Shown: positions 1-10,097, counted from the first letter of the stretch. The stretch: 61,879 nt of DNA from Sphingorhabdus sp. (GCA_017987825.1 JAGNSY010000001.1:1-61879); one strand, 5' to 3'. Notes: generated by a model not told the origin, from the sequence alone. Numbers and translations are program-made.

Positions 1-314
1 AAGTGCTGACCGCGCTCAAGGTCAATGACCCTATCTTCGAAGTTGCGATGCAGCTTGAGGAAATGGCGCTCAACGACCCCTATTTCATCGAGAAGAAGCT
101 GTTCCCGAATGTCGATTTCTATTCGGGCATCATCCTGTCGGCGATCGGTTTCCCGACCACAATGTTCACTGTTCTCTTTGCCCTCGCCCGTACCGTAGGT
201 TGGGTCGCACAGTGGAATGAAATGATTTCCGATCCCGGCCAGAAAATCGGCCGTCCGCGCCAGTTGTACACTGGCCCGACTGCACGTCCGTACGTGCCGG
301 TCGGCAAGCGCTAG
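1..314 (+). CDS. gltA: Citrate synthase, C-terminal part (5' truncated by window edge)
   Basis: Motifs '[12 protein letters not shown]', '[17 protein letters not shown]', '[11 protein letters not shown]'. Confidence 0.97.
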   Translation, partial: VLTALKVNDPIFEVAMQLEEMALNDPYFIEKKLFPNVDFYSGIILSAIGFPTTMFTVLFALARTVGWVAQWNEMISDPGQKIGRPRQLYTGPTARPYVPVGKR

Positions 315-331
315 GTTAAAATCCGAAACGA

Positions 332-1699
332 CTATGAGGTTGGCAGGCTGAGCGTAAATCGCGCTCCGCCTGCTGTGCCTTCTTCAACGATCAAGTCGCC
401 GCCCATGGCGCGTGCAAGTTTGCGCGAAATGAACAGCCCAAGTCCGCTGCCACCATCTCCCGAGCGCCCCAGTCGTTCGAACTTGGTGAACACCCGTTCG
501 CGGTCTTCTTCAGGGATGCCCGGCCCGTCATCCTCGACCGAAATCGACGAAGCAGCAGGGTCAATAGTGATCCGTATCTCCGTGCCGCCGGGCGAATAGC
601 GGATGGCGTTGCCGACAAGATTGAGCATTATCTGCAAAACCCGACGAAACTCGCCAACGACTTCGCATTTTGTGTCATCATCCGGGGAAATCAGGGCAAT
701 CTGATGGTCTGCTGCCTTGAGCGCTAGCAAACCGGAAACCCGGCGGGCGATATCGCCCAACTCGACTGGTTCCCGAGCAACTTTGAACTCCGGCCTGTCG
801 ATCGCATCCAGATCTTCCAGATCTCCAACCAGTTCCGAGAGATGTTTCGCCGCCGACGCGATATCTTTCGCATAGCTTGAATATTGTTCGAGGATTGGCC
901 CATTCAGTTCTGAACCAATGGTTTCGGCGTTGGCCAAGATGCGGCCTAATGGCTGGCGCACCGCACTCGCAAAATGCCTCCCCAGCCCCATTCCGCTATT
1001 ATGTTGTCGCGTAACTTCCTTCGAACTATCCTGATCAGCAACACCCACTTCTGGCATCAGGAAAACCAGATGCACACCTACAACTTTGTTCACGCCGGAC
1101 TTGACAACATCTACCAGTGCCTCACGTTCCGTTCCGGTCGAACGTTGCCTGATACTCAGCCTATCCGGTATTCCGTCCGGCGATTTCAATAGATCTGCAA
1201 TTGTGCCTTGCTGATCGACAAGCTCAAAATGGTCATCAAACCCCGCGGCTATAAAGTCATTGCCGAACAGTTCCAACAACGTGCCAGACGCCCGCAATAC
1301 AACCGCGGCATGGTTTATCTGCATCGATAGTGGAAATTTCCGATCCGGCGTTTGGATGAGACTGCTTTTAAACGGCTGCGACGTGGGGTGTGACGAATCC
1401 CGTTCCTGCCAACCAACGACCGACAGTTGCACATTCTGATTCTGTTTTTCGGCCTCTACCCAGAGTTCGATGTCGTGATCCTTGTCTGCAACAAACACAG
1501 ATCGTTCAAACCGCAGCCCGGTCCGCAAGCATAGAAATGCGAGATCGAGCAGGCCGGGAACGGCCAAGATTCCCCCTTCATGCCCACTGTTCGAAATATG
1601 CAGCCTGCGTATCGCTGCGTCTGCAGCAATCAGCCGACCATCCTGATCGACAACACATTTTATCGGAAGTGCAAGGCGCGCTGGTAGAATTTGCATCAC
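332..1699 (-). CDS. Sensor histidine-kinase-like protein (PAS-like regions, HisKA, HATPase) with degenerate H-box
   Basis: N box 'NLVGNAIRYS', G1 'EDDGPGI', G2 'GSGLGL' intact; H-box reads 'HFASAVRQPL' rather than 'SHELRTPL'; ATGA overlap with upstream gene. Confidence 0.85.
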   Translation of the reverse strand: MMQILPARLALPIKCVVDQDGRLIAADAAIRRLHISNSGHEGGILAVPGLLDLAFLCLRTGLRFERSVFVADKDHDIELWVEAEKQNQNVQLSVVGWQERDSSHPTSQPFKSSLIQTPDRKFPLSMQINHAAVVLRASGTLLELFGNDFIAAGFDDHFELVDQQGTIADLLKSPDGIPDRLSIRQRSTGTEREALVDVVKSGVNKVVGVHLVFLMPEVGVADQDSSKEVTRQHNSGMGLGRHFASAVRQPLGRILANAETIGSELNGPILEQYSSYAKDIASAAKHLSELVGDLEDLDAIDRPEFKVAREPVELGDIARRVSGLLALKAADHQIALISPDDDTKCEVVGEFRRVLQIMLNLVGNAIRYSPGGTEIRITIDPAASSISVEDDGPGIPEEDRERVFTKFERLGRSGDGGSGLGLFISRKLARAMGGDLIVEEGTAGGARFTLSLPTS

Positions 1700-2592
1700 C
1701 CATGCCTCGCATTAGTTTCTGCACCAAGCCGCCAACGCAGAATCGCCGACCTCGCTTCTTCTGTTTTGAGTACCGCAAACTGTTCCAGCAACTCGGGCAG
1801 TCGATAATCGTCGGCGCGCGGGCCGCGCAGGTACTGCACAATCGACATTGCCGTTGCCGCATCGCAATCTCTCGCCCGCAATAGGACCAGGAAGGGCGCG
1901 ACTGAATCTTCGTCGATAAAGCGCAATACCCTATCATGGCTAATCCGGAATTCCTGTGCCAAACCGCTTGCATATAATGAGAGACCGGCAAGGACCGGAT
2001 CGGCCAATTTGGCGCGCTTATCATCGGGTAAGAAATAGACGAGTTTTGCGGCAGCTGCATTCAGTGTCCGGGATTCATCATGCCTTGAAAGGAGTACATT
2101 GCCGGCATCGACATAGGCCCGAGCATCTCCGGCAGAAGCGGATTGAAACACTGCCACTACCCGCCACAACAGCAGGTGTAATAGCTCGGCAGGCATCTGG
2201 TCGATCAGACGTTCGGGCGTATGCAGTTCCAAACTATTTTCTGCAACCAACAAATTTCGGGCCGATTGAGCGAGGGAGGAATCCTTGCTGTCAAGCATCT
2301 CCACCGCGATTTGCCGGAATATGTCGGGCCGGCCTTCATTCACCCGGCGCGAAATATGTTCTTCCGCAATGCGTGCCAAAGCAAATTCCAGCAGCGCAGG
2401 TTCGCGCAGCAAACCGGAACGGCACAAAATATCCCAACTGCGCGGGACCGCATCGTTCTGTTCAACGCCGAGTCCGGATTCGATACCGCGTACAAGCATT
2501 TGCAGAACCAACCTGACCGACGCCTGCATCGCCTCACTGGGCGTGTGCTGGACGCGCGGAAACAGCAGCTGCGCGAGATCATCGCACAACAT
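1696..2592 (-). CDS. Helical cytoplasmic protein, DUF2336-like
   Basis: 298-aa ORF coupled to the kinase gene; 'RSGLLRE', 'MPAELLHLLLWRV', 'LLSRHDE' resemble sphingomonad DUF2336-type proteins from memory; start uncertain. Confidence 0.55.
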   Translation of the reverse strand: MLCDDLAQLLFPRVQHTPSEAMQASVRLVLQMLVRGIESGLGVEQNDAVPRSWDILCRSGLLREPALLEFALARIAEEHISRRVNEGRPDIFRQIAVEMLDSKDSSLAQSARNLLVAENSLELHTPERLIDQMPAELLHLLLWRVVAVFQSASAGDARAYVDAGNVLLSRHDESRTLNAAAAKLVYFLPDDKRAKLADPVLAGLSLYASGLAQEFRISHDRVLRFIDEDSVAPFLVLLRARDCDAATAMSIVQYLRGPRADDYRLPELLEQFAVLKTEEARSAILRWRLGAETNARHG

Positions 2593-2706
2593 CTGCGCAT
2601 CTATCGCAGAGGCGGTTGCTGCGTTTAGCAGCTCGGGGCTTTCAGCGTCTCCCAGATTCCTATCCGATGTTACTGGAACTACGCCTTTGATATAGGGTTT
2701 TCGGGG

Positions 2707-2722
2707 TTAATTTGAATTTAAC
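2707..2722. promoter_or_regulatory. CtrA-binding box (TTAA-N7-TTAAC)
   Basis: TTAA tttgaat TTAAC; also reads TTAA-N7-TTAAC on the minus strand; about 115 bp upstream of the DUF2336-like gene. Confidence 0.7.
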
Positions 2723-3915
2723 TGTCCGGCAGTTCGCTGTTGCTGCCAAAGGCTCCAGATATTCAGCGCAAGAATGGCCGCTATGCTGACCTTGGATGCC
2801 AGCGCCAGAGCGCCAAAGGCGAAACCCGCAATGAGCAAGATGGCGACGGTCAAAGGTGATACCAACCGAACCAACCTGGAAGTCGGCGCCATATGAGACA
2901 TCAAGATCAACCCGGATCCGATAGCCGTCAGAAATATCGCATCGGAAAGCGTTTGCCCGCCACGCCACAACGTAGTCGCAACTGTTGCGAGCGCAATGAC
3001 TTGGCCAGCTATTCGCAAATAGTCTTTTGATTTACTGAAATATTCTGTCGATCGAATTTGCTGCCTAAAGACGTCGAGGCATAGTGCCGAAATCAACAAT
3101 GCCAGTGCCCACCCCGGAAAGTTCGCATAAGCCAAACCTGCAGAGGACAGCGATAGTGCAATCGGAGCATAGTTAACCAAGGCAGGCAGCCAAGGGGTCT
3201 TCGATACGGGCGAAATCAACCGGTGGCCCAAAGCTCCAATCGCAGATTCAAGCACTCCAAGCTCATGGCCTGCCAACAAAATGGTCGCAGCAACTTTTTC
3301 ATATTCCGATTCATTTGAAATTTTGAGCAGCGAACCATCTGTTATCCGTTGCTGGCTGATCGTGATTTCCTTGGCCCCCAGTTGCAAAGCATGGCGCAGC
3401 AGAAAGGACGCCAGATTCCAGCCCTCTGGCATAGACGTCGAATATTGGAGGAAATTGGCCTCCAAAACGGCGATCCCTGACCAGCGCCGGTTCAGATCAA
3501 TGCGTTCGAACCGATTATTGGCCGGTTCTTCTTCAACTATGCCAATGCTGTTCGATTTCCAGCGCAAAGCATCCTGCAGCGATAAATCGTCAACCCATAT
3601 GTCCGAAGAAATCAACAGGAACGGATGCTGGAAGCCAATAGCATCTGCGGCGCTGCCGTTTGACCGCATCAGACGCACATTGTTGCCGTCCACACGCAAT
3701 TGCTCGATCAGATGCGGCAATTCAGCAGGAACAGCGTCGACGGATATGATGATGTCACTTACACCGAACCGCTGCAGTTGCTTTACTTGATGAAAAATAG
3801 CGGGTTTTCCAAATATTCTTGGCAAGGCTATCGGCATGCCTGCATCATCGAGCGGTGCTTCAACGCAGATCAACGCGCATTGAATATGGGGAATATTCTG
3901 CAATGGATCGGGCAT
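2707..3915 (-). CDS. Membrane protein with degenerate nucleotidyltransferase-like N-terminal domain and several C-terminal TM helices
   Basis: 'PIALPRIFGKPAIFHQVKQLQRFGVSDIII' resembles the NTP-transferase N-terminus but has no LAAG-G-R loop; hydrophobic C-terminal third. Confidence 0.6.
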   Translation of the reverse strand: MPDPLQNIPHIQCALICVEAPLDDAGMPIALPRIFGKPAIFHQVKQLQRFGVSDIIISVDAVPAELPHLIEQLRVDGNNVRLMRSNGSAADAIGFQHPFLLISSDIWVDDLSLQDALRWKSNSIGIVEEEPANNRFERIDLNRRWSGIAVLEANFLQYSTSMPEGWNLASFLLRHALQLGAKEITISQQRITDGSLLKISNESEYEKVAATILLAGHELGVLESAIGALGHRLISPVSKTPWLPALVNYAPIALSLSSAGLAYANFPGWALALLISALCLDVFRQQIRSTEYFSKSKDYLRIAGQVIALATVATTLWRGGQTLSDAIFLTAIGSGLILMSHMAPTSRLVRLVSPLTVAILLIAGFAFGALALASKVSIAAILALNIWSLWQQQRTAGQLNSN

Positions 3916-3994
3916 CGCACCGCTATGCCGTTCGCAGACAAATTGCCAAGCAGATTCTGACCGACGGAAACGTCAGCAAGTTCGGAACGGAGAC

Positions 3995-4300
3995 TTAGGA
4001 GCCCTGCTCGATCTGGCTGAGGAACTTCACCAGCTTTCGTACAACAACCGGATCACCCGGCGCACCGGCATTAGCCTCATCGGCCAACGACATCATCTCT
4101 GTGGCACCAAAGCTTGCGGCCAGGCCCTTCAGACGAAAACAGCAATATTGCCAATTCGCATCACAACGCGATCGGCCCAGCAAATCAATCTGCCGCTTTG
4201 CGCTATCGATGAATGCATGGCGCAATTCCGCCACCAACGCAGCATCATCGCCCGCCGCGGCACTCAAAGATGTGTCAAATGCGCCATAGTCCATTGCCAT
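3995..4300 (-). CDS. HPt-fold protein lacking the phosphoacceptor His
   Basis: 'CCFRLKGLAASFGA' matches the HPt pattern 'AHxLKGxAxxxGA' with His replaced by Phe; ATG at 4300 chosen because the longer ORF overlaps the divergent gene. Confidence 0.75.
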   Translation of the reverse strand: MAMDYGAFDTSLSAAAGDDAALVAELRHAFIDSAKRQIDLLGRSRCDANWQYCCFRLKGLAASFGATEMMSLADEANAGAPGDPVVVRKLVKFLSQIEQGS

Positions 4301-4310
4301 AATGCTATAT

Positions 4311-4319
4311 TTATCCACA
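4311..4319 (+). promoter_or_regulatory. Consensus DnaA box in a 70-bp divergent promoter
   Basis: TTATCCACA exact match, followed by GTTAAC (4325-4330). Confidence 0.45.
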
Positions 4320-4370
4320 GGCAGGTTAACTTTGCGTTTCAACAGTCCTAAATTGTGGTAAATGTGTCCC

Positions 4371-6665
4371 ATGACGGCACAATCCAAGATAGTCGAAATC
4401 GGCCGCTCGCAGAGCGAAACAGGCCCTTCCGAAATTATTGCTGACGAGCAGATGGAAGTTCAGAACGAACTTTTAAATACACCGTCATCAGAAGAATATC
4501 TGGAAAGCGAATGGCTCGATGCCGTTGAGCCGGCGCGACCTTGGGGCAAAATTCTGCTGATGCTTACACTGTCGGCAGTGGCAATTGGCTGGACAGGGTT
4601 CTTCATTTGGGCACATTTGCCAGAGATACTTGCACTTCCCGCGCCCGACAGAATAAGCGGGCTGATTGTGCAATGGTCGGCCCCCGTCGCCGTTATTGCC
4701 CTATTGTGGCTTCTCTCGCTGCGCATGAGTTCGACCGAGGCCAAGCGTTTCGGTGATGTAGCGGCGCTGTTGCGGGTTGAAAGCGATGCGCTGCAAGAAC
4801 GGATGCGCAACGTGAACGGTGAGATTGCATTGGCGCGATCCTTCCTCGCCGAAAATGCTAAAGAACTTGAATCTATCGGCAGGCTCTCGTCTCAACGGCT
4901 AACCGAAGCTGCGACGCAATTGAGCACTGCATTGACCGATTCCGACGAGCGGGCAAAAATGCTGCAGGTCGCTAGCAACGCGGCGGTGACCAATCTTGAG
5001 CAACTTCGCAATCATTTGCCCGTCGTGACCAGCGCGGCGAAGGATGCGACTAATCAGATCGGCATTGCTGGAAATACCGCGCATAGCCAGATTCAGGCGA
5101 TCATAGGCGTTCTGAAAACGATGGACGAAGGCGCCGCGCGCGCGAATGATACGCTTCAATCTCTCGACACTCAGATCAGCAAAAGCACCGCGTCGCTTGA
5201 CGGGAAACTCTCGGCTACAACCAGCCATCTCACTCAGACCGTGCAACAGTCCGAGGATCAGGCCAAAACCATGCTCGCGGCGCTTGCAACTGGCGTCACC
5301 GAGGCCGAGCAACGTTTGATTGATACTGCAAACCAGCTTGATGAACGGATGGCCACAAGCCACCAGCGACTGGAAGGCAATCTGGGCAGCCTCGGCGAAG
5401 CGATAGCCCATCTCGAGGCCGTAAGCGACGCGCAGGATTCGACCAGCAAAGCGTTACTTGCTCGAGTTAGGGAATCGATCGTTGAATGCCGGGGCGAATT
5501 GTCCAAATTCGGTGATGACGCAAGCGACAGCATTGCCAAGCTGGCGTTTAGTGTGTCGGCGCTCAATGAGCGTGGCGAAGAGCTGGACGGAAAACTGGCT
5601 CGCACTCAGGAGCAAACAGAGTCTTTGATCCAGCAAGCCGGGCAAATGCGGGCAAGCATGGACGGCATTGCAGACGAAACCGCTGAGCGACTTGTTTCCC
5701 AGCTTGATCGGGTCAATGCAATGTTTGCAGAAGTTCAGGCCGCATTTTCGTCAATTAACAGCGGTCTGGCAGAGGCGGATAGCGGGACCGGCTCTTTGGT
5801 AGAATCGGTTTCCTCGCTCGAACAGATGGTGTCGACTCAAAGGAATGCGTTGGCCAATCTGAACGAAAGCTCGGCAGAATATCTAACTGCGCAGCATGAA
5901 CAGGTCGATATATTGTCGGCCGCGATTGTGCATACGCGCACCGCGCTTGAAGAGCTTTCGGGCATAGCCAATGAGCAGCTTGTGGCGTCGCTTCTCCGTG
6001 TGCGCGAGACGACCAAACAAGCGGCCGAAGCAAGCCGTAAGATTGTTGATGAAGAACTGGCAACGGTCGCGGACAAGATGAACGAGCGCAACCGCGTTGC
6101 CATCGAAACTGCAGTGGACGAGCAGGTAAAGGCGCTTGATGCAGCGATGCGCGATGCGTTTGACCGCAACCTGACGCTGGCCGCTGGTGTCGAAGAACGG
6201 ATCGGTTCGCAACTTAAACTGGTGGACGAAATGGCCGCCAACCTCGAACAGCGTGTCAACGAAGCGCATACCGCTTTTGCCGGACTTGACGACGAAGGCT
6301 TTGCCCGTCGCATGGCACTGCTGACCGAATCCTTGAATTCTGCCGCGATCGACGTGGCCAAAATCCTGTCAAATGAAGTGACCGATACGGCATGGGCAGC
6401 GTATCTGAAGGGCGACCGCGGCGTATTTACGCGCCGTGCAGTGCGCCTCCTCGACAGTGGTGAAGCGAAGATTATTGCCGCGCATTATGATGAGGACGCC
6501 GAGTTCCGTGAGCATGTGAACCGCTATATCCACGATTTTGAATCGATGATGCGCGTCCTGCTGAGTACCCGCGATGGCAATGCCATTGGCGTCACCCTAT
6601 TATCCTCGGATGTAGGTAAACTCTATGTCGCGCTCGCCCAGGCGATCGAGCGGTTGCGCAACTAA
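4371..6665 (+). CDS. Membrane-anchored long coiled-coil polar scaffold, TipN/GPR(RgsE)-like
   Basis: Two N-terminal TM helices and roughly 500 aa of Ala/Glu/Leu/Gln-rich helix; C-terminal 'WAAYLKGDRGVFTRR...FREHVNRYIHDFE...LLSSDVGKLYVALAQA' resembles the GPR/RgsE C-terminus. Confidence 0.65.
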   Translation: MTAQSKIVEIGRSQSETGPSEIIADEQMEVQNELLNTPSSEEYLESEWLDAVEPARPWGKILLMLTLSAVAIGWTGFFIWAHLPEILALPAPDRISGLIVQWSAPVAVIALLWLLSLRMSSTEAKRFGDVAALLRVESDALQERMRNVNGEIALARSFLAENAKELESIGRLSSQRLTEAATQLSTALTDSDERAKMLQVASNAAVTNLEQLRNHLPVVTSAAKDATNQIGIAGNTAHSQIQAIIGVLKTMDEGAARANDTLQSLDTQISKSTASLDGKLSATTSHLTQTVQQSEDQAKTMLAALATGVTEAEQRLIDTANQLDERMATSHQRLEGNLGSLGEAIAHLEAVSDAQDSTSKALLARVRESIVECRGELSKFGDDASDSIAKLAFSVSALNERGEELDGKLARTQEQTESLIQQAGQMRASMDGIADETAERLVSQLDRVNAMFAEVQAAFSSINSGLAEADSGTGSLVESVSSLEQMVSTQRNALANLNESSAEYLTAQHEQVDILSAAIVHTRTALEELSGIANEQLVASLLRVRETTKQAAEASRKIVDEELATVADKMNERNRVAIETAVDEQVKALDAAMRDAFDRNLTLAAGVEERIGSQLKLVDEMAANLEQRVNEAHTAFAGLDDEGFARRMALLTESLNSAAIDVAKILSNEVTDTAWAAYLKGDRGVFTRRAVRLLDSGEAKIIAAHYDEDAEFREHVNRYIHDFESMMRVLLSTRDGNAIGVTLLSSDVGKLYVALAQAIERLRN

Positions 6666-6946
6666 TCGCTGGACGCTTGAGGGCCGGCAATCAGGAAATC
6701 AAAGCTATGCCGGTCGACCCAGCCATAGCTGTAATTGGCATAGAATAGCCCAAACGCAGCCGCTGACAGTAATGTCGTCCGCAACAGTATCAGGCCCGGC
6801 CTGAAATTTCCGGGAACACCATCCGCCTGTCCGGGAATCTTTTCAATTCCGAGTTCTTCCTGACTGCGAATGCCGATTGGCAAGATAACGAACGCGCTTA
6901 GCACCCAGAACAGCGCATAAATCGCTATGATGGAGGTCCAGTTCAT
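6662..6946 (-). CDS. DUF1467 family small membrane protein
   Basis: 'IAIYALFWVLSAFVILPIGIRSQEE...IPGQADG'; usual position after rnj. Confidence 0.85.
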   Translation of the reverse strand: MNWTSIIAIYALFWVLSAFVILPIGIRSQEELGIEKIPGQADGVPGNFRPGLILLRTTLLSAAAFGLFYANYSYGWVDRHSFDFLIAGPQASSD

Positions 6947-8586
6947 GCAGTTTCCACAATCAGCACATCGACAATAGGTTTCTTGCCCGTCCAGCTAGTG
7001 GCTACCCGGCGAACGGCAAGACGTAGATTCTCCCGTAGGTCGCTGAGATCGCCACGCCAGTCACGTACGGCTTTTTCGGCTGCGGCATTGGCTTCATCCA
7101 GAAAGTCGTCAATCTCGGCTTCGATCGGAATGCCATGCAATCGTATCACCGGATCGCCAAGCAGGTTATTGTCGCCATCCAGCGCCACGGCGACGTTGAT
7201 GATGCCATACCAGGACAGGCGGCGACGTTGCGTAATCGTGTCGCCGTCGGATGCGATAATCGTGTCGCCATCCAGCACAAGCCGTCCGGTACGTTCATTG
7301 CCGACCTGCTGAGGGCCTTTGGGCGCGAGGCGGATCACATCGCCGTTTGACTGGACGATGGTCTTGCGAACACCCTGCTCGTGCGCAAAGCGGGCCTGTT
7401 CGGCCATGTGACGGCGCTCGCCATGCACAGGCACCAATATTTCGGGCTTCACCCATTCATAGAGCTTGGCAAGTTCGCTGCGACCCGGATGGCCGGAAAC
7501 ATGCACATGCGCCTGCTTTTCGGTGACCATGATGATGTTCCGCCGCGCTAGCTGGTTCATCACATGGCCGATCGCCATTTCATTGCCGGGAATCTGTTTC
7601 GACGAGAAGATGACAGTGTCACCCTCCTCCAGCTTCACAGGATGGTTGCCCTCTGCGATCCGGGCCAAAGCAGCGCGTGCCTCCCCTTGCCCACCGGTCG
7701 CGACCACCATCACCTGATTGCGCGGGAAGGCATCGACAGCCTCCATATCGACCATTTCGGGCAGGTTTTTGAGGTAACCCGTTGCTTGCGAAGCCTCGAC
7801 AATCTTGTGCAGCGACCTACCCGCAAAGCATAGTTTTCGCCCGGCTTCGCGCGCCACATCGGCAAGCGTCTGCAAACGCGCTGAGTTAGAAGCAAAGGTG
7901 GTCACAACCACCCTTCCCCGCGCCTCGGTCACATGTTTGAGCAGATCAGAATGGACACTAGCCTCGCTACCGCTGGCCTTGTCGTTAAAGACATTGGTTG
8001 AATCGCAGACCATCGCAAGGATGCCCTCGTCGCCAATCGCCGTCAGTTGTTCAGCACTAGCAGGCTTACCGATCACGGGGGTTTCGTCCAGTTTCCAATC
8101 GCCGGTGTGGAAGACCTTGCCATAGGGCGTATCGATAACCAGCGCGCTCATTTCAAGGATGGAGTGCGCGAGTGGAACGAAACGGATATCGAACGGGCCA
8201 AGATTGATCTGCCCTTCCATCGGCACAATGTTCAGGTCGACTTCGTTGGCGATGCCCTGCTCATCGAGTTTGCCCTTGATCAGCGCAGCGGTAAAGGGCG
8301 TCGCATAGAGCGGCACACCCAAGTCTGCTGCGAAGAACGGTACGGCACCGATATGGTCTTCATGCCCGTGGGTGAGAATGATGCCCAGCAGCTCAGCCTT
8401 GCGGTCTTCGATAAATTCAAGATCGGGCATGATCAGGTCGATACCCGGATAATCTTCATGGCCGAAGGTCACACCCAGATCGACCATGATCCATTTGCCC
8501 TGACAGCCATAGAGGTTGGCATTCATGCCGATCTCGTCCGACCCGCCAAGCGCGAGGAACAGAAGTTCATTTTTTGGAGTTGTCAT
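6943..8586 (-). CDS. rnj: Ribonuclease J
   Basis: '[10 protein letters not shown]', 'THGHEDHIG', 'HTGDWK', 'HVSGH', 'PVHGE'. Confidence 0.96.
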   Translation of the reverse strand: MTTPKNELLFLALGGSDEIGMNANLYGCQGKWIMVDLGVTFGHEDYPGIDLIMPDLEFIEDRKAELLGIILTHGHEDHIGAVPFFAADLGVPLYATPFTAALIKGKLDEQGIANEVDLNIVPMEGQINLGPFDIRFVPLAHSILEMSALVIDTPYGKVFHTGDWKLDETPVIGKPASAEQLTAIGDEGILAMVCDSTNVFNDKASGSEASVHSDLLKHVTEARGRVVVTTFASNSARLQTLADVAREAGRKLCFAGRSLHKIVEASQATGYLKNLPEMVDMEAVDAFPRNQVMVVATGGQGEARAALARIAEGNHPVKLEEGDTVIFSSKQIPGNEMAIGHVMNQLARRNIIMVTEKQAHVHVSGHPGRSELAKLYEWVKPEILVPVHGERRHMAEQARFAHEQGVRKTIVQSNGDVIRLAPKGPQQVGNERTGRLVLDGDTIIASDGDTITQRRRLSWYGIINVAVALDGDNNLLGDPVIRLHGIPIEAEIDDFLDEANAAAEKAVRDWRGDLSDLRENLRLAVRRVATSWTGKKPIVDVLIVETA

Positions 8587-9371
8587 GCCCCGCCTTCGCG
8601 GTTTGCATAGAGCTTGGCAAGCCCGCGCAGTGTCAAATCGGGTTCAACCCTGTCAAATAGATGACTATGTTGCTGGAACAGTGCGGCCAGCCCGCCAGTG
8701 GCGATGACTTTCACCGGCTTGCCAATCTCCGCCTTCATCCGCCCGAGAAGGCCTTCGATCAGCCCGACATAGCCGAAATAGATGCCGATCTGCATTTGCC
8801 CCACGGTATCGCGACCGATGACACTCTGCGACGGCGGCGGCTCGATGGCAATGCGCGGCAGCATTGCGGCGGCATTGTAGAGCGCATCGAGTGACAGGTT
8901 TATCCCCGGGGCAATGCTACCGCCCAGATAAGAGCCGTCGGCACCGATATGATCAAAGGTTGTGGCCGTGCCAAAGCTGATGACAATCTTGTCGGTTTCA
9001 GGCTCGATCGCCTGTGCGGCGATGGCGTTGACTGCCCGGTCAGCGCCCAAGGCACGCGGCTCATCAACCTTCAATGCGATGCCCCAGCCCACCGGCTCAC
9101 GCCCAGCCACAAGCGCATCAATGCCGAAATATTTCTGGCTAAGAACCTGCAGATTGTGCAGCGCGCGCGGAACGACAGTCGCGATAATCACCGCATCGAT
9201 TTCGCTGCGCTTATGCCCTTCCATCTGCAAGAGCTGATCAAGCCAGACAGCGTATTCGTCGGCCGTGCGCCGCGCATCGGTGGCAATCCGCCAACGCTGC
9301 ACGATTTCGCCAGCATCATCGACCAATGCAAATTTGACGTTGGTGTTGCCGTTATCGACTGCGAGAAGCAT
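8583..9371 (-). CDS. coaX: Type III pantothenate kinase
   Basis: 'LAVDNGNTN', 'LGADR', 'FGTATTFD', 'GGSIAPG', 'IATGG'. Confidence 0.95.
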   Translation of the reverse strand: MLLAVDNGNTNVKFALVDDAGEIVQRWRIATDARRTADEYAVWLDQLLQMEGHKRSEIDAVIIATVVPRALHNLQVLSQKYFGIDALVAGREPVGWGIALKVDEPRALGADRAVNAIAAQAIEPETDKIVISFGTATTFDHIGADGSYLGGSIAPGINLSLDALYNAAAMLPRIAIEPPPSQSVIGRDTVGQMQIGIYFGYVGLIEGLLGRMKAEIGKPVKVIATGGLAALFQQHSHLFDRVEPDLTLRGLAKLYANREGGA

Positions 9372-9384
9372 GGCGCTGTCCTTA

Positions 9385-10092
9385 TCAAATCAGGAATATA
9401 TCGGCGGCGTGAATGGCACGAATTGCACCGTCCGCCAAGCGCAGGCTGAGCGCGCCGTCGTCACCCAAACCCGCAAACAAGCCATCCACCTGCTCGCCGT
9501 CGGGCAGGTTAACACGCAGAGCCGTACCCTTGGGATGTGCGGCCGCTTCCCAAGCACGTAACAGGTTAGCCAAAGGCTGTTGTCGCCATTTCTGCAACCA
9601 GGACGCGAATTGTTCCGCCAGAACCTCGCAGACCGCTTGCGCTTCGGGAGGGTTGCCTCCCAATGCCCTGAGATCGCTGACGGGGCGTCCGATATTCGCA
9701 GGGTGCCAGACCAGATTGATGCCAAATCCGGCAATGATTGCGTCGCCAGCCCGTTCCAAAAGGATGCCGCACAGTTTCCGTCCGTTGGCTGACAGCACAT
9801 CATTGGGCCATTTCAGCTGGATTGCGATATCAGGTGCTACCAGCTTGATCGTGTCATGGGCGGCAAGCCCGGCGACAAAGGCCAAAGTCGCAGGCGACGG
9901 ATCATTGGGCGAGAGCCGTGCTATCGTGCTCGCATAAAGATTGCCTGCCGGGCTGACCCAGTCGCGACCCATGCGTCCCCGGCCACCGCCCTGTTGATCG
10001 GCACGCAGCCAGAGCCCCTCTGGCGCACCCATAACAGCGCGCGCAAGCAGATCGGCATTGGTGGAACTGGTCAGCGCGACCTGCTCAAACAA
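9385..10092 (-). CDS. birA: Biotin-[acetyl-CoA carboxylase] ligase (no N-terminal HTH)
   Basis: 'SSTN', '[13 protein letters not shown]', 'LKWPNDV', 'KLCGILLE'. Confidence 0.95.
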   Translation of the reverse strand: MFEQVALTSSTNADLLARAVMGAPEGLWLRADQQGGGRGRMGRDWVSPAGNLYASTIARLSPNDPSPATLAFVAGLAAHDTIKLVAPDIAIQLKWPNDVLSANGRKLCGILLERAGDAIIAGFGINLVWHPANIGRPVSDLRALGGNPPEAQAVCEVLAEQFASWLQKWRQQPLANLLRAWEAAAHPKGTALRVNLPDGEQVDGLFAGLGDDGALSLRLADGAIRAIHAADIFLI

Positions 10093-10097
10093 AATGC

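Noticed and set aside
1696-3915. The 402-aa and 298-aa ORFs are in the same frame, separated by one TAA and 38 open codons (possible readthrough or split gene)
   Set aside because: TAA is rarely read through and the gap holds a CtrA box and -10-like element, so it is better explained as a promoter; a non-canonical upstream start for the 298-aa gene is not excluded
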